Assembly (NCBI GenBank): GCA_964016885.1
Contig: OZ024746.1
Coordinates: forward strand, 98,642,001 to 98,706,000
Origin: Eledone cirrhosa
Taxonomy: Eukaryota
DNA: 64,000 nt
Direction: 5' to 3'
This document shows positions 63,192 to 64,000 of the stretch, piece by piece. A program made the translations under genes and the position numbers. How positions within the stretch are numbered: the first letter of the stretch is position 1; each line of letters starts with the position of its first letter. Under the pieces are notes generated by a model. That model did no database searches, was not told the origin of the DNA, and was given only the letters and a program-made list of their open reading frames with translations.

Positions 63192-63362
63192 TTAACCCTT
63201 TAGTATTTAAACAGGCCATAACTGACCCCTCGTACAATGTTAAGGTGTTGTTCTCAAAATTAATAATATCAAAATCTTATAGATTCACTATTATGTGAGA
63301 TAAAGCCTTTACCATGAAAATACAACAGTAAATATAGAGTAATGTGAATGCTAAAGGGTTAA
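63192..63362. mobile_element. piggyBac-type MITE A, internally deleted
   Basis: TTAA on both sides and TIRs. Confidence 0.85.
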
Positions 63363-64000
63363 GACATTTGCTCTAATTTTCACAATGATCTGACCAAGCA
63401 GATCTTAACTATTCCATCATATTTTCAGTCATAGTATATTTAGGACTATTGTTAGCTATTGTGCCTTTACTTGTGTAATGCTAATGGCAGGGTTGGATTA
63501 AGCTTTAAGCAAAATAAACACATACTTAGTGCCTCAAAGGAAGACAGGACACCATTTCTTTTTCAAATCAAATGTATTTGTAATTCCCCAAAAATTGTTT
63601 TCACTTGCAGACTCTCTCTCTCTCTATATATGTGTATATATATTCATATGTGTTTATGTATTTATATGTGTATATATATGGTGGGTGAGGAGACATACCA
63701 TAATCTTTAAAAGCTTAGCACCTCAAAAGGGCTTAATCCATCTCTGTCTATGGAGTACGTTTAAACAGCTTATTTTTGTTATGTTAAATCTGATGGTTCT
63801 TCTACTGGTTTGTTATACTGGAGCACTACATTAAAGGTTCTGTCAATGATATTGACTCCACTACTACTTTGATTGATCCCTATTTAAGTCACAGGACATA
63901 AAGAAACACATTAGACAGTTTTTTTTGTTTTTTTGTATACATTTAGTTTAGAATAGTGACACTGCATCCCTGCTGTAAGAGGCAACTAAAAAGGTTGGCC

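Overview
AT-rich, repeat-dominated eukaryotic DNA with no intact long gene. The repeat repertoire (tRNA-derived SINEs, RTE LINEs with (GAT)n/(GAA)n tails, abundant (TA)n/(CA)n microsatellites) suggests an octopod cephalopod; this is inference, not a database match. The window most likely lies inside long introns of a + strand gene. Five short candidate exons (22536-22565, 26582-26607, 31329-31343, 38136-38193, 50427-) join in one stop-free frame, and a strong candidate recursive splice site (polypyrimidine-TAG|GTAAGT) sits at 11021/11022. Mobile DNA includes about 25 copies of a TTAA-flanked piggyBac-type MITE, a second piggyBac-type MITE, two SINE families, RTE, CR1, L1/Tx1 and CRE-like LINE fragments, an internally deleted DD37D (maT) transposon, hAT and Tc2-like MITEs and Helitron-like pieces. 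Most notable: (i) a young RTE LINE (51732-53410) with a complete C4HC3 PHD-type zinc finger inside its reverse transcriptase; (ii) a 6.9-kb, 248-copy 28-bp minisatellite whose monomer traces to a dispersed repeat also present at about 6840-6940; (iii) several other tandem arrays born inside transposons; (iv) local inverted duplications and hairpins that would form dsRNA. Coordinates were read by eye, and the ends of degraded repeats are approximate.
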